64,000 nucleotides of DNA, taken from assembly GCA_949298505.1 (NCBI GenBank), contig CASFWW010000020.1, positions 15,914-79,913 of the forward strand, read 5' to 3'. The position numbers and the translations under genes are program-made. Of this stretch, positions 7,702 through 18,549 are shown piece by piece. Position 1 is the first letter of the stretch. Each line of letters starts with the position of its first letter. The notes beneath the pieces are model-generated. The model saw nothing but the letters and a program-made list of their open reading frames with translations. It searched no databases and was not told the DNA's origin. The DNA comes from an uncultured Christensenella sp. (GTDB taxonomy: Bacteria; Bacillota; Clostridia; Christensenellales; UBA3700).

Positions 7702-8187
7702 TACCTTTTTTCATTTTTTTCTTGACGAAAATGAGTTTTTTACGCAAAAAACGTGCTTTTACGACGTTTCCCGGCTGAAAAATTTTATGTTTGCTTTAAG
7801 GTAAAATCTTGACACGTATTGAGTTATCGCCACTCAAGGCGCGAAAAATCCGTGCACGAAGCAAAAATTTTTTCGGCGCGGTTTGATCTCGTGCAAAAAA
7901 ATGCCGTGACCGCCTGTCAAAAACGGTCTGACCGTCCGTCAAGAGTCCGTCACAGCCGCCCGGCGTGAAAATTCTCTCATGCCTTGCCTCTCCCCTTTTG
8001 ACCTGAATAGGCTACACGTATGTGTATTATTTATATTTTCTTCGTGCGCGAATGTAAAATTTTTAACGCGTTTTATCTTTTTGTATCCATAAATATTTCG
8101 TTGCGAATTTGCGCTTTTTTGCACAAAGCAACGTTTTGAACCGCTTTTTTATGGTTATAATGGTATATTTTGGGTTTTATTTTTGTC

Positions 8188-8216
8188 TTGACTTTAAAAA
8201 TACGGAATTGTATAAT
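8188..8216 (+). promoter_or_regulatory. Sigma-A-type promoter of the 8258 lipoprotein gene
   Basis: TTGACT (8188-8193), a 17-nt spacer, then TATAAT (8211-8216). RBS AGGAGG is at 8243-8248. Confidence 0.65.
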
Positions 8217-8257
8217 TAAACTACAAAAAAATGCATAACTTAGGAGGTTATCAAATT

Positions 8258-10480
8258 ATGACAAAGAAACATATTTGGGCTAAGTTGCTCGTTGTTGCTT
8301 TGATCGTTGCAATGGTATGTGCCTTCTTTATCGGTTGTAACAGGGACAAGACCCCTTCTGACACCGATGATGACGACAAGACCTGCACGTCTCACGTTGA
8401 CGCAAACAAAGACGGCAAGTGCGACAACTGCGGCGCTACAATGTCTAGCAAACCCGATGTTGACACCGCCGCCATCACCGATCTCCTCGGAGTCGTTGAC
8501 GACGCGATCGCTCAGTTGGATATCGACAACGTAGGCAACATCGGTACCGACGCTTACATCGAGCTTTCTATGGTCCAGGGCGACGAGACCCACGACATCA
8601 GAATCGACCTCGATCTTTCTCTTGACCTGCTCAATGACGCTGAATCCGTGTACACCAACAACGCTTTCGGTTTCTCCGTAACCGTTGACGGAACGAGAGA
8701 GTTCGGCCTCTGGTACGTCGATGCCGGCTCTGAAACCCCCGAAGGCGAGCCTGTGGACAACTACTTCTACCTCTCCTCCGGCGGCCAGAACCTCAGGATC
8801 AACGCTCCTTCAGTCGCTTCCATCCTGGAAAGATACGAAGTCAACGCTGACGTTGAAGTCGGCAGCAAGCTCGAAGGCGTTTCCGTCACCGAACTCGCCG
8901 GCAGCTATGTCGGCATGATCGCAGGTTTCGTCACCATCGACCATGAGACCGACGGCAACAAGGAGATCTTCTCCCTCAACCTGAGAGAGCTGTTCAACCC
9001 GCAGGGTCTGCTCTACGGCGCAGTTGACTCTCTCCTCTTCGGCGAAGAAGCAACCATCCTCGACCTCTCTTCCATCCTCAGCGAGATGAACGTTGCGATC
9101 AGCTCCTCTTCCGCGCTGTACGACATCCTGCCCGACATTGATCTGCAGGTGATCGGCAACTACGACTCTTCCAAGAACTTTGAGAGCATTTCTCTCGGCC
9201 TCGCAGTCGGCGAAAAGGCTGACGGCATCACCATCCCGGCAGTAACAGGCGACGGCTACAACCTCGTTGAAACCGTTCCCGCTACCGACCTCTCCGCGAC
9301 GCTCGGCTACAAGTTCTTCTCCAGCAACTACGACGCATACGACAACGTTTCCGAAGCTCAGAACGCGACTATCGCAGACGTCGAAAACTGGACCGACGTC
9401 GGCCTGCTCAACTTCGCTCTCGAAGCTCAGGTCTCCCTCGGCAAAACCGAAGCTACCAAAAAGACCTATGACGTTGAACTCTCCGCAGACATCGACCTTT
9501 CCGCTGTAGCTGACGCTACTTTCGTAAAGACGCTGTACTACACCGAAAACGGCGTTGCGACGTCCAAAGACTGGTTCTACCTCAGAGGCGTAGGTCCCTT
9601 CGCAGAAGACACCGACCTCGACGTTATCGACACCCTGCTCCCCGCTATCAACAGCCTCTACATCAAGATGGTAAACGTTGAAGATCCCGAAGATATCCTT
9701 CTTATCAACCTTGACGAGAAGATCACGATGGACGAAACCGGCCTCGGTTTTGAGACCGGCAGAATGACGATCAACCTCGCGGCTGTCACCGGCATTCTCG
9801 AGACCTTCGGTCTGACCGATTCCATCCCTGAAAACGTCTCTGACATGATCAGCAAACTGAACGGTTCGCTCGGCATGGCTACGGTCCTTGAAGCTATCAA
9901 GCCCGTTCTTTCCAGCTTCATTTACACCAAGGTTCCTGCCGGCGCCACCACGACCGCTCCCGCAAGCGCTACGAGCAACGAGCTGGCAATGGCAGAGGGT
10001 GAAGAATCTACCGAACCCAGCGTTGTCGAAATCATCACCGAAGTCATCAACAAAGTCATGGCTTGCGTGTCCATTGACACCGCAACTTCCAGCATCACCG
10101 CTGAAGGTTCCGGCGCTGATTACACCGTCGGCGGCGCAGAACTCACCTTCGACATCACCGCTTCTCTGCTCAAGGGCGAGAACAATGCTGTAAACGGCGT
10201 TAAAGTTGCTGTTGACGAATTCGTCTCTGACTACAACAATGGCGAAGTTGTCACTTCTGTAAACGGTAGCATCCAGCTCGGCGGCGGAGAACTGTTCAAG
10301 GCTGAAGTTGCCGTTGATCAGAACAAGGCAGAAGTTGACACGCTCGACATCTACATCGCGCTCACTCTGGAAAAGATCGGCTACGGTTGTGCTACAACTT
10401 CCCCCGTCGTTCTCGGCGCTGATCAGAACCCCACCGGCTCCATCTTCGTTGAAGGAGCAGGCTGGTCCATCAGCAAGTAA
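8258..10480 (+). CDS. Large lipoprotein of unknown function
   Basis: ATG 8258 is 9 nt after AGGAGG; the track start 8231 is upstream of the RBS. The signal MTKKHIWAKLLVVALIVAMVCAFFIGC carries a lipobox. A Cys/His/Asp motif CTSHVDANKDGKCDNCG follows. The rest is acidic and D/E/T/S-rich. A terminator follows the gene. Confidence 0.85.
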   Translation: MTKKHIWAKLLVVALIVAMVCAFFIGCNRDKTPSDTDDDDKTCTSHVDANKDGKCDNCGATMSSKPDVDTAAITDLLGVVDDAIAQLDIDNVGNIGTDAYIELSMVQGDETHDIRIDLDLSLDLLNDAESVYTNNAFGFSVTVDGTREFGLWYVDAGSETPEGEPVDNYFYLSSGGQNLRINAPSVASILERYEVNADVEVGSKLEGVSVTELAGSYVGMIAGFVTIDHETDGNKEIFSLNLRELFNPQGLLYGAVDSLLFGEEATILDLSSILSEMNVAISSSSALYDILPDIDLQVIGNYDSSKNFESISLGLAVGEKADGITIPAVTGDGYNLVETVPATDLSATLGYKFFSSNYDAYDNVSEAQNATIADVENWTDVGLLNFALEAQVSLGKTEATKKTYDVELSADIDLSAVADATFVKTLYYTENGVATSKDWFYLRGVGPFAEDTDLDVIDTLLPAINSLYIKMVNVEDPEDILLINLDEKITMDETGLGFETGRMTINLAAVTGILETFGLTDSIPENVSDMISKLNGSLGMATVLEAIKPVLSSFIYTKVPAGATTTAPASATSNELAMAEGEESTEPSVVEIITEVINKVMACVSIDTATSSITAEGSGADYTVGGAELTFDITASLLKGENNAVNGVKVAVDEFVSDYNNGEVVTSVNGSIQLGGGELFKAEVAVDQNKAEVDTLDIYIALTLEKIGYGCATTSPVVLGADQNPTGSIFVEGAGWSISK

Positions 10481-10512
10481 TTGCAACCTCGACCTCAACG
10501 GTCGACAATAAA

Positions 10513-10545
10513 AGGAGGAGCTCTTCAGGGGCTCCTCTTTTTTTC
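10513..10545 (+). terminator. Rho-independent terminator
   Basis: GGAGGAGC-TCTTCAGGG-GCTCCTC followed by TTTTTTT. Confidence 0.8.
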
Positions 10546-10750
10546 TGCGCCGGTTTTCTCTTTTTCCGTTTTTTTGCTTTGTCTCTTTCCCTTTCTGCTC
10601 TTCTTCTGTTTTTCTTACCTTATCTGCACGCACGCCGTTGCAACCGGTTTGTCTGTTTCGCCGATGCCTGCCCGTCAGATTTCCGTTTCAGCCCGGTCAC
10701 ATGCCCTTGCCGGCGCCTGCGCGCGTATATACGCTTTTTATATCAATTAC

Positions 10751-10779
10751 TTTACAAAAAAATACACTTGTTTTATAAT
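10751..10779 (+). promoter_or_regulatory. Putative leuS-serS promoter
   Basis: TTTACA (10751-10756), 17 nt, then TATAAT (10774-10779), 50 nt upstream of the leuS ATG. Confidence 0.55.
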
Positions 10780-10829
10780 ATATCTATATATTTGCATCCA
10801 AAGCAAAATCTACCGAATACGGAGTTTAT

Positions 10830-13262
10830 ATGGATTTTCTTCAAATTGAAAAAAAGTGGCAAAAACGTTGGGCTGACGAAAAACTGTACAGCTTCGACAA
10901 GTCCAGAATGGACAAAAAGTATTATGTGCTCGAGATGTTCTCCTACCCTTCAGGCGCGAAACTCCACGTGGGGCACTGGTACAACTTCGGCCCGTCGGAC
11001 AGCTACGCGCGTTTTATGCGCATGAACGGCTACGAGGTCTTTCAGCCGATGGGCTTCGACGCGTTCGGCCTCCCCGCAGAAAACTACGCAATCAAAACGG
11101 GCATCCACCCGCAGGACAGCACCCTCAAGAACATTGAGACGATGGAAAAACAGCTCAAAGCGATGGGCGCTTCCTTCGACTGGGATTACGAGGTCAAGAC
11201 CTGCATGCCCGATTACTACAAGTGGACGCAGTGGATCTTTCTCCAGTTCTATAAAAAAGGGCTCGCCTACCGCAAAGAGGCGCCCGTCAACTGGTGCCCG
11301 CATTGCAACACCGTGCTCGCCAACGAACAGGTCGTCGACGGCGCGTGCGAGCGTTGCGGCACGACGGTCGTGCGCAAGAACCTGACTCAGTGGTTCTTCA
11401 AGATCACGGATTATGCAGAAGAACTCCTTCAGGGTCTGGACAAGCTCGACTGGCCTGAAAAAACCAAGCTGATGCAGAAAAACTGGATCGGTAAATCCAC
11501 GGGCGGAGAGATCACGTTCGACTGCGAAAGCGGCGATTCTTTCAAAGTGTTCACCACCCGCGCGGATACCATTTTCGGCGTTTCTTACGTCATTCTCGCG
11601 CCCGAGCATCCGCTCGTCGACAAGCTGACCACCCCCGAACACAAGGCGGAAGTGGAAGCCTACAAGGAAGCCTGCGCGAAAAGCTCTGAGATCGAAAGAC
11701 TCTCCACCTCCCGCGAAAAAACGGGCGCGTTTACCGGCGCGTACTGCATCAACCCGGCGAACGGCGAAAGGGTGCCGATCTGGATCGGCGATTACGTGCT
11801 GTATTCCTACGGCACCGGCGCAGTCATGGGCGTCGCCGCTCACGACGAGAGAGACTACGATTTCGCCAAAAAGTACGACCTGCTTATACGCCGCGTGATA
11901 CGCTCCAAGGACGGCTCCGACGACTCGCTCCCCTATTGCGACTACGGCGTTATGGTCAACAGCGGTCAGTTCGACGGCATGACCACCGAAGAAGGCAGAG
12001 TCAAAGTCATTGAGTGGCTCGCCAAGACCGGTCACGGTGAACTCAAGACGAATTACCGCCTGCGCGACTGGCTGATATCCCGCCAGCGTTACTGGGGCTG
12101 CCCGATACCTATCATACATTGCGATCACTGCGGCGAAGTGCCCGTACCCGAAAGCGACCTGCCCGTCAGACTTCCGTACAACGTAGACTTCAAGCCGGAC
12201 GGCAAATCACCCCTCCTCAAGTGCGAGGAATATATGAATACCGTCTGCCCGATATGCGGCAGACCCGCAAGGCGCGACCCGGACACGCTGGACACCTTCG
12301 TCTGCTCCAGCTGGTACTTCCTGCGCTACCCCGACGCAAACAACGACAAGATGGCGTTCGACCCTGAGATCATCAACAAAATGCTCCCCGTCGACAAATA
12401 TATCGGCGGCGCGGAACACGCCTGCATGCACCTCCTGTACGCCCGCTTCTTCACCAAGGCGCTCAGAGACCTCGGCTACCTCAAGTTCGATGAGCCGTTC
12501 ACCTCGCTCGTGCACCAGGGCACCATACTCGGTCCCGACGGCTTCAAGATGAGCAAGTCGCGCGGAAACGTCGTGTCTCCCGACGATTACGTCAGCAAAT
12601 ACGGCTCCGACGCGTTCAGGCTCTACCTGATGTTCGGCTTCTCTTACGTCGAGGGCGGCCCGTGGAACAGCAACGGGCTTGAATCCATAGTCAAGTTCAT
12701 GGAGAGAGTGGAACGCCTCGTAAAACGCAGCATAGACGGCGGCACGGGCGAAGGCACCTTCGGCGAAGCCGAAAAAGCGCTCAATTTCGTGCGCCACAAC
12801 ACGATCAGACGCGTCACCGACGACACCAAGCAATTCTCCTTCAACACCGCGATAGCGCGTCTTATGGAGTTCGTCAACGCGACTTATAAGTACCTTGACT
12901 CCGGCAACAAAGTCAACAATAAGTTCGTCCGCGAGTCAGTCGAAGATCTCGTGCTTATGATGGCGCCGTTCGCACCGCATTTTGCCGAAGAACTCAACGA
13001 AATGCTCGGCCATAAAGAGAGCGTTTTCAACCGCGCTTACCCCAGATGCGACGAAAAAGCGCTCGTCCTCGACGAATACGAACTCGCCGTTCAGGTCAAC
13101 AGCCGTATGAAAGCAAAGATCGTCGTCCCCGTCGACGCAGACGAAAACACGATCAGAGAAACCGCGCTCGCAAACGAACAGGTGAAACTGGCGATCGGAA
13201 ATATGAACGTCGTCAAAGTGATAGTCATACCCAAGCGCCTCGTCAATATCGTCGTAAAATAA
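10830..13262 (+). CDS. leuS: Leucyl-tRNA synthetase
   Basis: 810 aa. It has the N-terminal IEKKWQKRW, the HIGH-type motif HVGHWYNF and the KMSKS motif FKMSKSRGN. Confidence 0.97.
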   Translation: MDFLQIEKKWQKRWADEKLYSFDKSRMDKKYYVLEMFSYPSGAKLHVGHWYNFGPSDSYARFMRMNGYEVFQPMGFDAFGLPAENYAIKTGIHPQDSTLKNIETMEKQLKAMGASFDWDYEVKTCMPDYYKWTQWIFLQFYKKGLAYRKEAPVNWCPHCNTVLANEQVVDGACERCGTTVVRKNLTQWFFKITDYAEELLQGLDKLDWPEKTKLMQKNWIGKSTGGEITFDCESGDSFKVFTTRADTIFGVSYVILAPEHPLVDKLTTPEHKAEVEAYKEACAKSSEIERLSTSREKTGAFTGAYCINPANGERVPIWIGDYVLYSYGTGAVMGVAAHDERDYDFAKKYDLLIRRVIRSKDGSDDSLPYCDYGVMVNSGQFDGMTTEEGRVKVIEWLAKTGHGELKTNYRLRDWLISRQRYWGCPIPIIHCDHCGEVPVPESDLPVRLPYNVDFKPDGKSPLLKCEEYMNTVCPICGRPARRDPDTLDTFVCSSWYFLRYPDANNDKMAFDPEIINKMLPVDKYIGGAEHACMHLLYARFFTKALRDLGYLKFDEPFTSLVHQGTILGPDGFKMSKSRGNVVSPDDYVSKYGSDAFRLYLMFGFSYVEGGPWNSNGLESIVKFMERVERLVKRSIDGGTGEGTFGEAEKALNFVRHNTIRRVTDDTKQFSFNTAIARLMEFVNATYKYLDSGNKVNNKFVRESVEDLVLMMAPFAPHFAEELNEMLGHKESVFNRAYPRCDEKALVLDEYELAVQVNSRMKAKIVVPVDADENTIRETALANEQVKLAIGNMNVVKVIVIPKRLVNIVVK

Positions 13263-13272
13263 GGAGTCAACC

Positions 13273-14556
13273 ATGATAGACATAAAACTCATCAGAACAA
13301 ATCCTCAGCTCGTAAAAGATAACATAAAGAAAAAGTTCCAGGACGAAAAACTCGTCCTCGTCGACGAAGTCGAAGCCCTCGACAAGGAGTTCAGAGAGGC
13401 TAAGACCCGCGGCGATTACCTGCGCGGTCAGCGCAACGCCGTCAGCAAACAGATCGGCGGATTTATGGCTAAAGGCGACAAAGCCGCTGCCGAAGAAGCG
13501 AAAAAACAGGTCTCGGATATCGCAGCAGAACTGCTCGCCCTCGAAAAACGCGAGGAAGTCCTCCAGGAAGAGATCAGAAAACGCATGCTCGTCATCCCCA
13601 ATATCATTGACGACAGCGTGCCCATCGGCAAGGACGACAGCGAAAACGTTGAAGTGGAACGCTTCGGCGACCCGTACGTCCCGCCCTTCGAGATCCCCTA
13701 CCACGTGGACATCATGGAAAGCCTCGACGGCATCGACCTGGACAGCGCGCGCCGTACAAGCGGCAACGGGTTCTATTACCTGACCGGCGACATCGCACGC
13801 CTGCACAGCGCGATCCTCTCCTATGCGCGCGACTTTATGATCGACCGCGGATTCACTTACTGCATACCGCCGTTTATGATCCGCTCCGAAGTCGTCACCG
13901 GCGTCATGAGCTTTGCCGAAATGGAAAACATGATGTACAAGATAGAGGGAGAAGACCTCTACCTGATCGGCACCAGCGAACACTCTATGATCGGCAGATT
14001 CATGAATACCATCCTGCCTGAAAATACCCTGCCCAAAACGCTGACGAGCTACTCTCCCTGCTTCCGCAAAGAGGTCGGCGCGCACGGCATTGAAGAACGC
14101 GGCGTTTACCGCATACACCAGTTTGAGAAACAGGAGATGATCGTCATCTGCAAGCCCGAAGAAAGCCCCGAATGGTTTGTGAAACTCTATACGAACACGG
14201 TGGATTTCTTCCGCACCCTCGACATCCCCGTGCGCACCCTCGAGTGCTGCTCGGGCGACCTCGCAGACCTCAAGGTCAAGAGCCTGGACGTAGAAGCGTG
14301 GTCTCCCCGTCAGAAAAAATACTTCGAGGTGGGCAGCTGCTCCAACCTCGGCGACGCTCAGGCAAGACGCCTCGGCATCCGCATAAAGGGCGCGGACGGC
14401 AACTATTTTGCGCATACGCTCAACAACACCGTCGTCGCTCCTCCCCGCATGCTGATAGCTTTCCTTGAAAACAACCTCAATGAAGACGGCAGCGTGCGTA
14501 TCCCCGTTGCGCTCAGACCTTATATGGGCGGCAAAGAGGTCATCAGAAAGCAATAA
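13273..14556 (+). CDS. serS: Seryl-tRNA synthetase
   Basis: 427 aa with AAGGAG upstream. It has an N-terminal coiled-coil arm (MIDIKLIRTNPQLVKDNIKKK) and a class II core (GTSEHSMIG, FRKEVGAHG). Confidence 0.97.
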   Translation: MIDIKLIRTNPQLVKDNIKKKFQDEKLVLVDEVEALDKEFREAKTRGDYLRGQRNAVSKQIGGFMAKGDKAAAEEAKKQVSDIAAELLALEKREEVLQEEIRKRMLVIPNIIDDSVPIGKDDSENVEVERFGDPYVPPFEIPYHVDIMESLDGIDLDSARRTSGNGFYYLTGDIARLHSAILSYARDFMIDRGFTYCIPPFMIRSEVVTGVMSFAEMENMMYKIEGEDLYLIGTSEHSMIGRFMNTILPENTLPKTLTSYSPCFRKEVGAHGIEERGVYRIHQFEKQEMIVICKPEESPEWFVKLYTNTVDFFRTLDIPVRTLECCSGDLADLKVKSLDVEAWSPRQKKYFEVGSCSNLGDAQARRLGIRIKGADGNYFAHTLNNTVVAPPRMLIAFLENNLNEDGSVRIPVALRPYMGGKEVIRKQ

Positions 14557-14561
14557 ACGAA

Positions 14562-14590
14562 AAAGCCGCTTTCCGGCGGCTTTACGTTTG
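14562..14590 (+). terminator. Probable terminator after serS
   Basis: AAAGCCGC-TTTCCG-GCGGCTTT, then an interrupted T-run (ACGTTTG). Confidence 0.5.
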
Positions 14591-14798
14591 CCCCGCCGGG
14601 CATTGCCGCATAGCCGCGGCAGGCAGACCCTGCCCGTCATACCGCGGCTTGTCTCACGCCGGCAACGCGATTCGTCTGATGACCTACGGCGCGAAAGCGC
14701 AGGGACGATCGTTCAAACTTCGGCTCGCCGCACAGGCAAAACAAAAAGAAAACAGAAAACCATTGCCGCGCTCTCCGGCGCGGAAAAGCGAGGAAAAA

Positions 14799-15089
14799 AT
14801 GGAACGCGAAGAAGAATATTACGAAGAAGAACGGGAGCCGGAAAAGAGCCTGCTGAAAGGCGCTCTGCTCAGCCCTTTCGCGGCGGTCATCACCGTGATC
14901 GTCGTCTGCTTCGCACTTGTCGCAATAACGCTTTCCACCCCGTTTGTATTTATTGTAGCTCTGATCAGACTTTCGTTCGATTTCAGGCTGACGGGCAGAT
15001 ATACGCTTTCCTTCGTGGACAAGATCGCCACAGTCGCTTTTGCGATCGTTTACGGCGCATGGTACAAGATCTTCCATAAAGGCGAATAA
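14799..15089 (+). CDS. Small membrane protein, unknown function
   Basis: ATG 14799 follows GAGGA. It has an acidic N-terminus (MEREEEYYEEEREPEK), then two hydrophobic helices. The upstream part of track ORF 14649.. overlaps the serS terminator region. Confidence 0.45.
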   Translation: MEREEEYYEEEREPEKSLLKGALLSPFAAVITVIVVCFALVAITLSTPFVFIVALIRLSFDFRLTGRYTLSFVDKIATVAFAIVYGAWYKIFHKGE

Positions 15090-15290
15090 TCCCTTGACGG
15101 GACTGCCCCTTTGCGACAAAAACAGACAAGATCGTTTTAAACGGATTGATCGGTAAACCTTTTTTAAACGTAAAAAATTCCGCGGATAACCGCGGATATT
15201 TTTTGTTTAATAATTTAAAATTGCCGATAAGTTTCGGGTTTTTCGGGTATTTCCCGGTTTTTGCCCTGAGGTTTCCGCCTGATCTCACTT

Positions 15291-16574
15291 TTAAATATTC
15301 TTTTTGAATATCCTGCGCCTGAACACGGGCGCGCTTTCTCCGGCTTTCACCATCTCTCGGGTCAGAAGCTTTCTCATCTCTTCTTTTACCCCGGCGTACT
15401 CGCGCGAATTGATCAGGTTCCTGCGCTCGCCCTTGTCCTTTTCCTTGTCGTACAGATAGTCGTCCTTATAAACGTTTGTGTCGTAATCAAAGCCGGACGT
15501 CACGCTGTATACGTACCTTTCCGTTATCACGCATCTGCCGTTGCCGCTCTCGCTTATATGCACGAATACGCAGTCGCGTTTCTCCGCCGACTGAAGGGGG
15601 ATGCCGTCGAAATGCCCGGGCGCCGCCAGTCCCGCCGCTGTCAGAAGCGTGGGCGGAAGGTCTATCAGAGACACGAGTTTTTTCGCGTCCAGTTCTCCTT
15701 TTTCATACGCTCCGCCGAAGATTATCAGCGGAATGTGCGTGGACGCACTGTGGCAGGAGCGCTTGTATTCGAAATTGCGCGTTCTGAAATGACAGCCGTG
15801 ATCCGAAGTGTAGATGAGCAGCGTGTTCTCGTATCTTCCCTTCTTTTTCAGTTCGTCGACGATGCGCGCGACGTTCTTGTCAAGCGCTTCGCAACATGCA
15901 AGGTATGAGGGATAATGGAACACGTGATCCCCGGGAAGCCCTTTTATGTCCTCGGGATAAGGCATGCCCTTGAACTTCGCCGCACTTCCCGGCGGACATT
16001 CGAAACGCCCGGATGTGTTCTGATGATGAGGCTCAAGGTACGAAACGAAAAGGAAATACGGCTTTTCGTGCGGCTTGCCGATATAGTCCACGACGTAATC
16101 CGTCATCCTGTCCGCCCTCACGCCGTCAAAACGCACTTCATTGCAGTCGTTGTCCCACAGCACGCCGCCGCTGCCCGTCGAAGAAAACTCAAGAAGATCC
16201 GCCGCCAGCCAGTATTTGTAACCGCCCCTGAGTTGCTCGGGGACTCCCTTTTTTCTGTATTCGAGACCCTTTGAAGCCAGATGCCATTTGCCGATATACG
16301 CGGTGTCGTAGCCGCCCTCGTTGAATACGTCTGCAAGATGCACGTCCTCTTTTCTCATCGGAACGCCGTTGGTGATACAGCCGTTTTTGTTGGGATATAC
16401 CCCCGTCTGAAGGCACGCCCTCGCAGGTCCGCAGACAGGCTGGCAGGTGTAGGCGCTGTCAAAAACGTCTCCTTCTTCGGCAAACGCGACAAGATTGGGC
16501 GTGACTTCTGAAGTCACGGTATCCGCCCTCTGCTGATCGCTGAAAATAAAGATTATGTCAGGTCTGTTTTTCAT
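15291..16574 (-). CDS. Cys-type sulfatase
   Basis: The N-terminus is IIFIFSDQQRAD. The CxPxR maturation motif appears in CQPVCGPARACLQTG. YTSDHG is also present. Confidence 0.9.
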   Translation of the reverse strand: MKNRPDIIFIFSDQQRADTVTSEVTPNLVAFAEEGDVFDSAYTCQPVCGPARACLQTGVYPNKNGCITNGVPMRKEDVHLADVFNEGGYDTAYIGKWHLASKGLEYRKKGVPEQLRGGYKYWLAADLLEFSSTGSGGVLWDNDCNEVRFDGVRADRMTDYVVDYIGKPHEKPYFLFVSYLEPHHQNTSGRFECPPGSAAKFKGMPYPEDIKGLPGDHVFHYPSYLACCEALDKNVARIVDELKKKGRYENTLLIYTSDHGCHFRTRNFEYKRSCHSASTHIPLIIFGGAYEKGELDAKKLVSLIDLPPTLLTAAGLAAPGHFDGIPLQSAEKRDCVFVHISESGNGRCVITERYVYSVTSGFDYDTNVYKDDYLYDKEKDKGERRNLINSREYAGVKEEMRKLLTREMVKAGESAPVFRRRIFKKNI

Positions 16575-16836
16575 GTTTTCCCCTTATGCTCGCCGGCTTT
16601 TCGCGGCTTTAAGACTCCCTTCCCTCAACTTTTGAGTTTTGTTATTTTATAAGCTGCCGCGCGGTCTTTTCCGTCCGTCCTGCCGGACGGCTTTTAGCTC
16701 AAAAACGCTTGTTTCCGCGTTGATCTGCGCGCAGTTTACTATGCAAACGCGTTTCGTCTGATTTTCTCGTCTGCCGCTTTAACAACGGATAATACGCGGA
16801 AAAAACGCAGCAAAGAAAATCTCTGCGGCGCGCTCT

Positions 16837-18240
16837 TTATTCTTTGTCTTTTGCGGCAAGTTTCTGACCCATGATGACGCCCATCACGGAAGCCATCATA
16901 AGTCCTCTCGTCCAGCCGCTGCTGTCGCCCAGGCAATGCAACCCCTTTATGCTCGTGTTGAAGTCCTCGTCCATCTTGACCTTGTTGGAATAGAACTTGA
17001 GCTCGGGCGAATAAAGCAACGTTTCCGCCGCCGCGAAGCCGGGAACGACCTCGTCCACCGCCTGAATGAAGTTGATGATGTTTATCATCGCGCGGTAAGG
17101 CATCGCCGCCGTGATGTCGCCCGCTACCGCGTCCGGAAGCGTGGGACGGACGTTGCTTCTCGCCAGTTCTTTCTGCCACGTTCTCTTGCCGTCTATAATG
17201 TCGCCGTATCTCTGCACGAGTATGTGTCCCGCTCCCAGCATATTGGTAAGTTCGCCTATCTTCTGAGCGTACGCTATCGGCTGATTGAACGGTTCCGAGA
17301 AGTTGTGAGAGCAAAGTATCGCCAGGTTGGTATTGGGCGATTTCAGCTCTTTATAGCTGTGTCCGTTGACGACGGCGAGGTCGTTGTCGTAGTTTTCCTG
17401 GCTTACGAAACCGCCGGGATTCTGACAGAAGGTACGCACCTTGTTCTTGAACGGCTTCGGATATCCGATGAGTTTGGATTCGTAAAGAACGCGGTTGACC
17501 TTTTCCATGACCTCGTTCCTCACCTCTACTCTGACGCCGATATCGACGGTACCCGGCTGGTGCATTATGTTGTGTTCAGCACACAGGTGTTCGAGCCAGT
17601 CCGCGCCGCGCCTGCCCGTCGCGATGACGGTGTTTTTCGCGCGTATCTCTTCGACTTTTTTGCCGTTGTCTATGATAACGCCGCAGCACTTATCGCCCTC
17701 TAAGATAATGTTTTCGCACTGGTAGCCGAAAAGTATTTCTACGCCGTTTTTGAGAAGATACTGTTCGATGGCGTAATATATCTGCTGAGCCTTTTCCGTA
17801 CCCAGATGGCGTATCGGACAATCGACAAGTTTAAGCCCCGCCTTTATAGCGCGCTTTCTTATCTCCTTTACCTCTTCGTCCTGACCTATGCCCTCAACGT
17901 GCGTGTCGGCGCCGAATTCGAGATAAATTTTATCCGTATACTCGATCATGCTCTGCGCATAGTCCTCACCGATGAGTTCGGGAAGCGAACCGCCGACCTC
18001 GTGGCTGAGCGAAAGCTTGCCGTCCGAGAACGCGCCCGCACCGCTGAATCCCGTAGTGATATGGCAGTACGGCTTGCAATTCACGCATATGTTTGTCTTT
18101 GCCTTCGGGCAACGGCGCTTTTCGATCGCTACGCCCTTTTCGACTATGAGTATCGAGCCTTTATAGTTGTGGCGGATCATCTCTATCGCGGTGAATATTC
18201 CCGCGGGACCCGCGCCGATGATTACGGTATCGTATTTCAT
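16837..18240 (-). CDS. FAD-dependent oxidoreductase (COG2509-like)
   Basis: ATG 18240 follows AGGAGAAGG. It has the dinucleotide fold MKYDTVIIGAGPAGIFTA. The track ORF start at 18315 lies upstream of the RBS. Confidence 0.8.
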   Translation of the reverse strand: MKYDTVIIGAGPAGIFTAIEMIRHNYKGSILIVEKGVAIEKRRCPKAKTNICVNCKPYCHITTGFSGAGAFSDGKLSLSHEVGGSLPELIGEDYAQSMIEYTDKIYLEFGADTHVEGIGQDEEVKEIRKRAIKAGLKLVDCPIRHLGTEKAQQIYYAIEQYLLKNGVEILFGYQCENIILEGDKCCGVIIDNGKKVEEIRAKNTVIATGRRGADWLEHLCAEHNIMHQPGTVDIGVRVEVRNEVMEKVNRVLYESKLIGYPKPFKNKVRTFCQNPGGFVSQENYDNDLAVVNGHSYKELKSPNTNLAILCSHNFSEPFNQPIAYAQKIGELTNMLGAGHILVQRYGDIIDGKRTWQKELARSNVRPTLPDAVAGDITAAMPYRAMINIINFIQAVDEVVPGFAAAETLLYSPELKFYSNKVKMDEDFNTSIKGLHCLGDSSGWTRGLMMASVMGVIMGQKLAAKDKE

Positions 18241-18500
18241 TTCCTTCTCCTTTACTTCTTTTCTGTCGGCTACTGCGGATATACTTCGCACCCCGCCGAC
18301 ACTCTTGTATATCACGGCTTTTTCCTGCCCGTGTTTATTATCTCGTGTTTTTCCGGCATTTCCTTTTCTTCTCTGCGATAACGGATACGGCTTTTTCGCC
18401 GTTTATCCGCTTCAATGCCGTTGAGCAATCTTCCCTCACGGTATACGGTCGCGTTTCCCTGTTTGCCGTATGCCCGCCCGGTATAGCAAAACGCGCGTAT

Positions 18501-18528
18501 AAAAAGCCGCGCCTTACGGCACGGCGCA
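18501..18528 (-). terminator. Terminator after upp
   Basis: On the minus strand: GCCGTGCC-GTAA-GGCGCGGC followed by TTTTTA. Confidence 0.6.
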
Positions 18529-18549
18529 ACTTACGCTTTAAAAGCGTTA

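Noticed and set aside
7619-7747. N-terminal extension of the EAL-like ORF to 7747
   Set aside because: A TTGACA-17-TATCAT promoter lies inside the extension, and AGGAGG precedes ATG 7618.
8810-10633. 607-aa minus-strand ORF opposite the large lipoprotein gene
   Set aside because: The plus-strand gene has a promoter, RBS, lipobox and terminator. The minus ORF crosses that terminator, lacks an RBS, and is V/G/R/D-rich, as expected for an antisense frame of an acidic GC-rich gene.
10546-10829. Expected T-box leader upstream of leuS-serS, plus a 95-nt tract (10531-10625) that is 83/95 pyrimidine
   Set aside because: I could not recognise a specifier-loop, AGAGA or T-box (GGTGGTACCGCG-like) sequence. 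The pyrimidine tract is most simply the terminator tail plus spacer. It remains unexplained but has no supporting structure.
10950-14640. Minus-strand ORFs 10950..12128, 12207..12833 and 13267..14640 opposite leuS and serS
   Set aside because: They are antisense to unmistakable aminoacyl-tRNA synthetase genes, with Arg/Ala/Val-rich shadow-frame composition.
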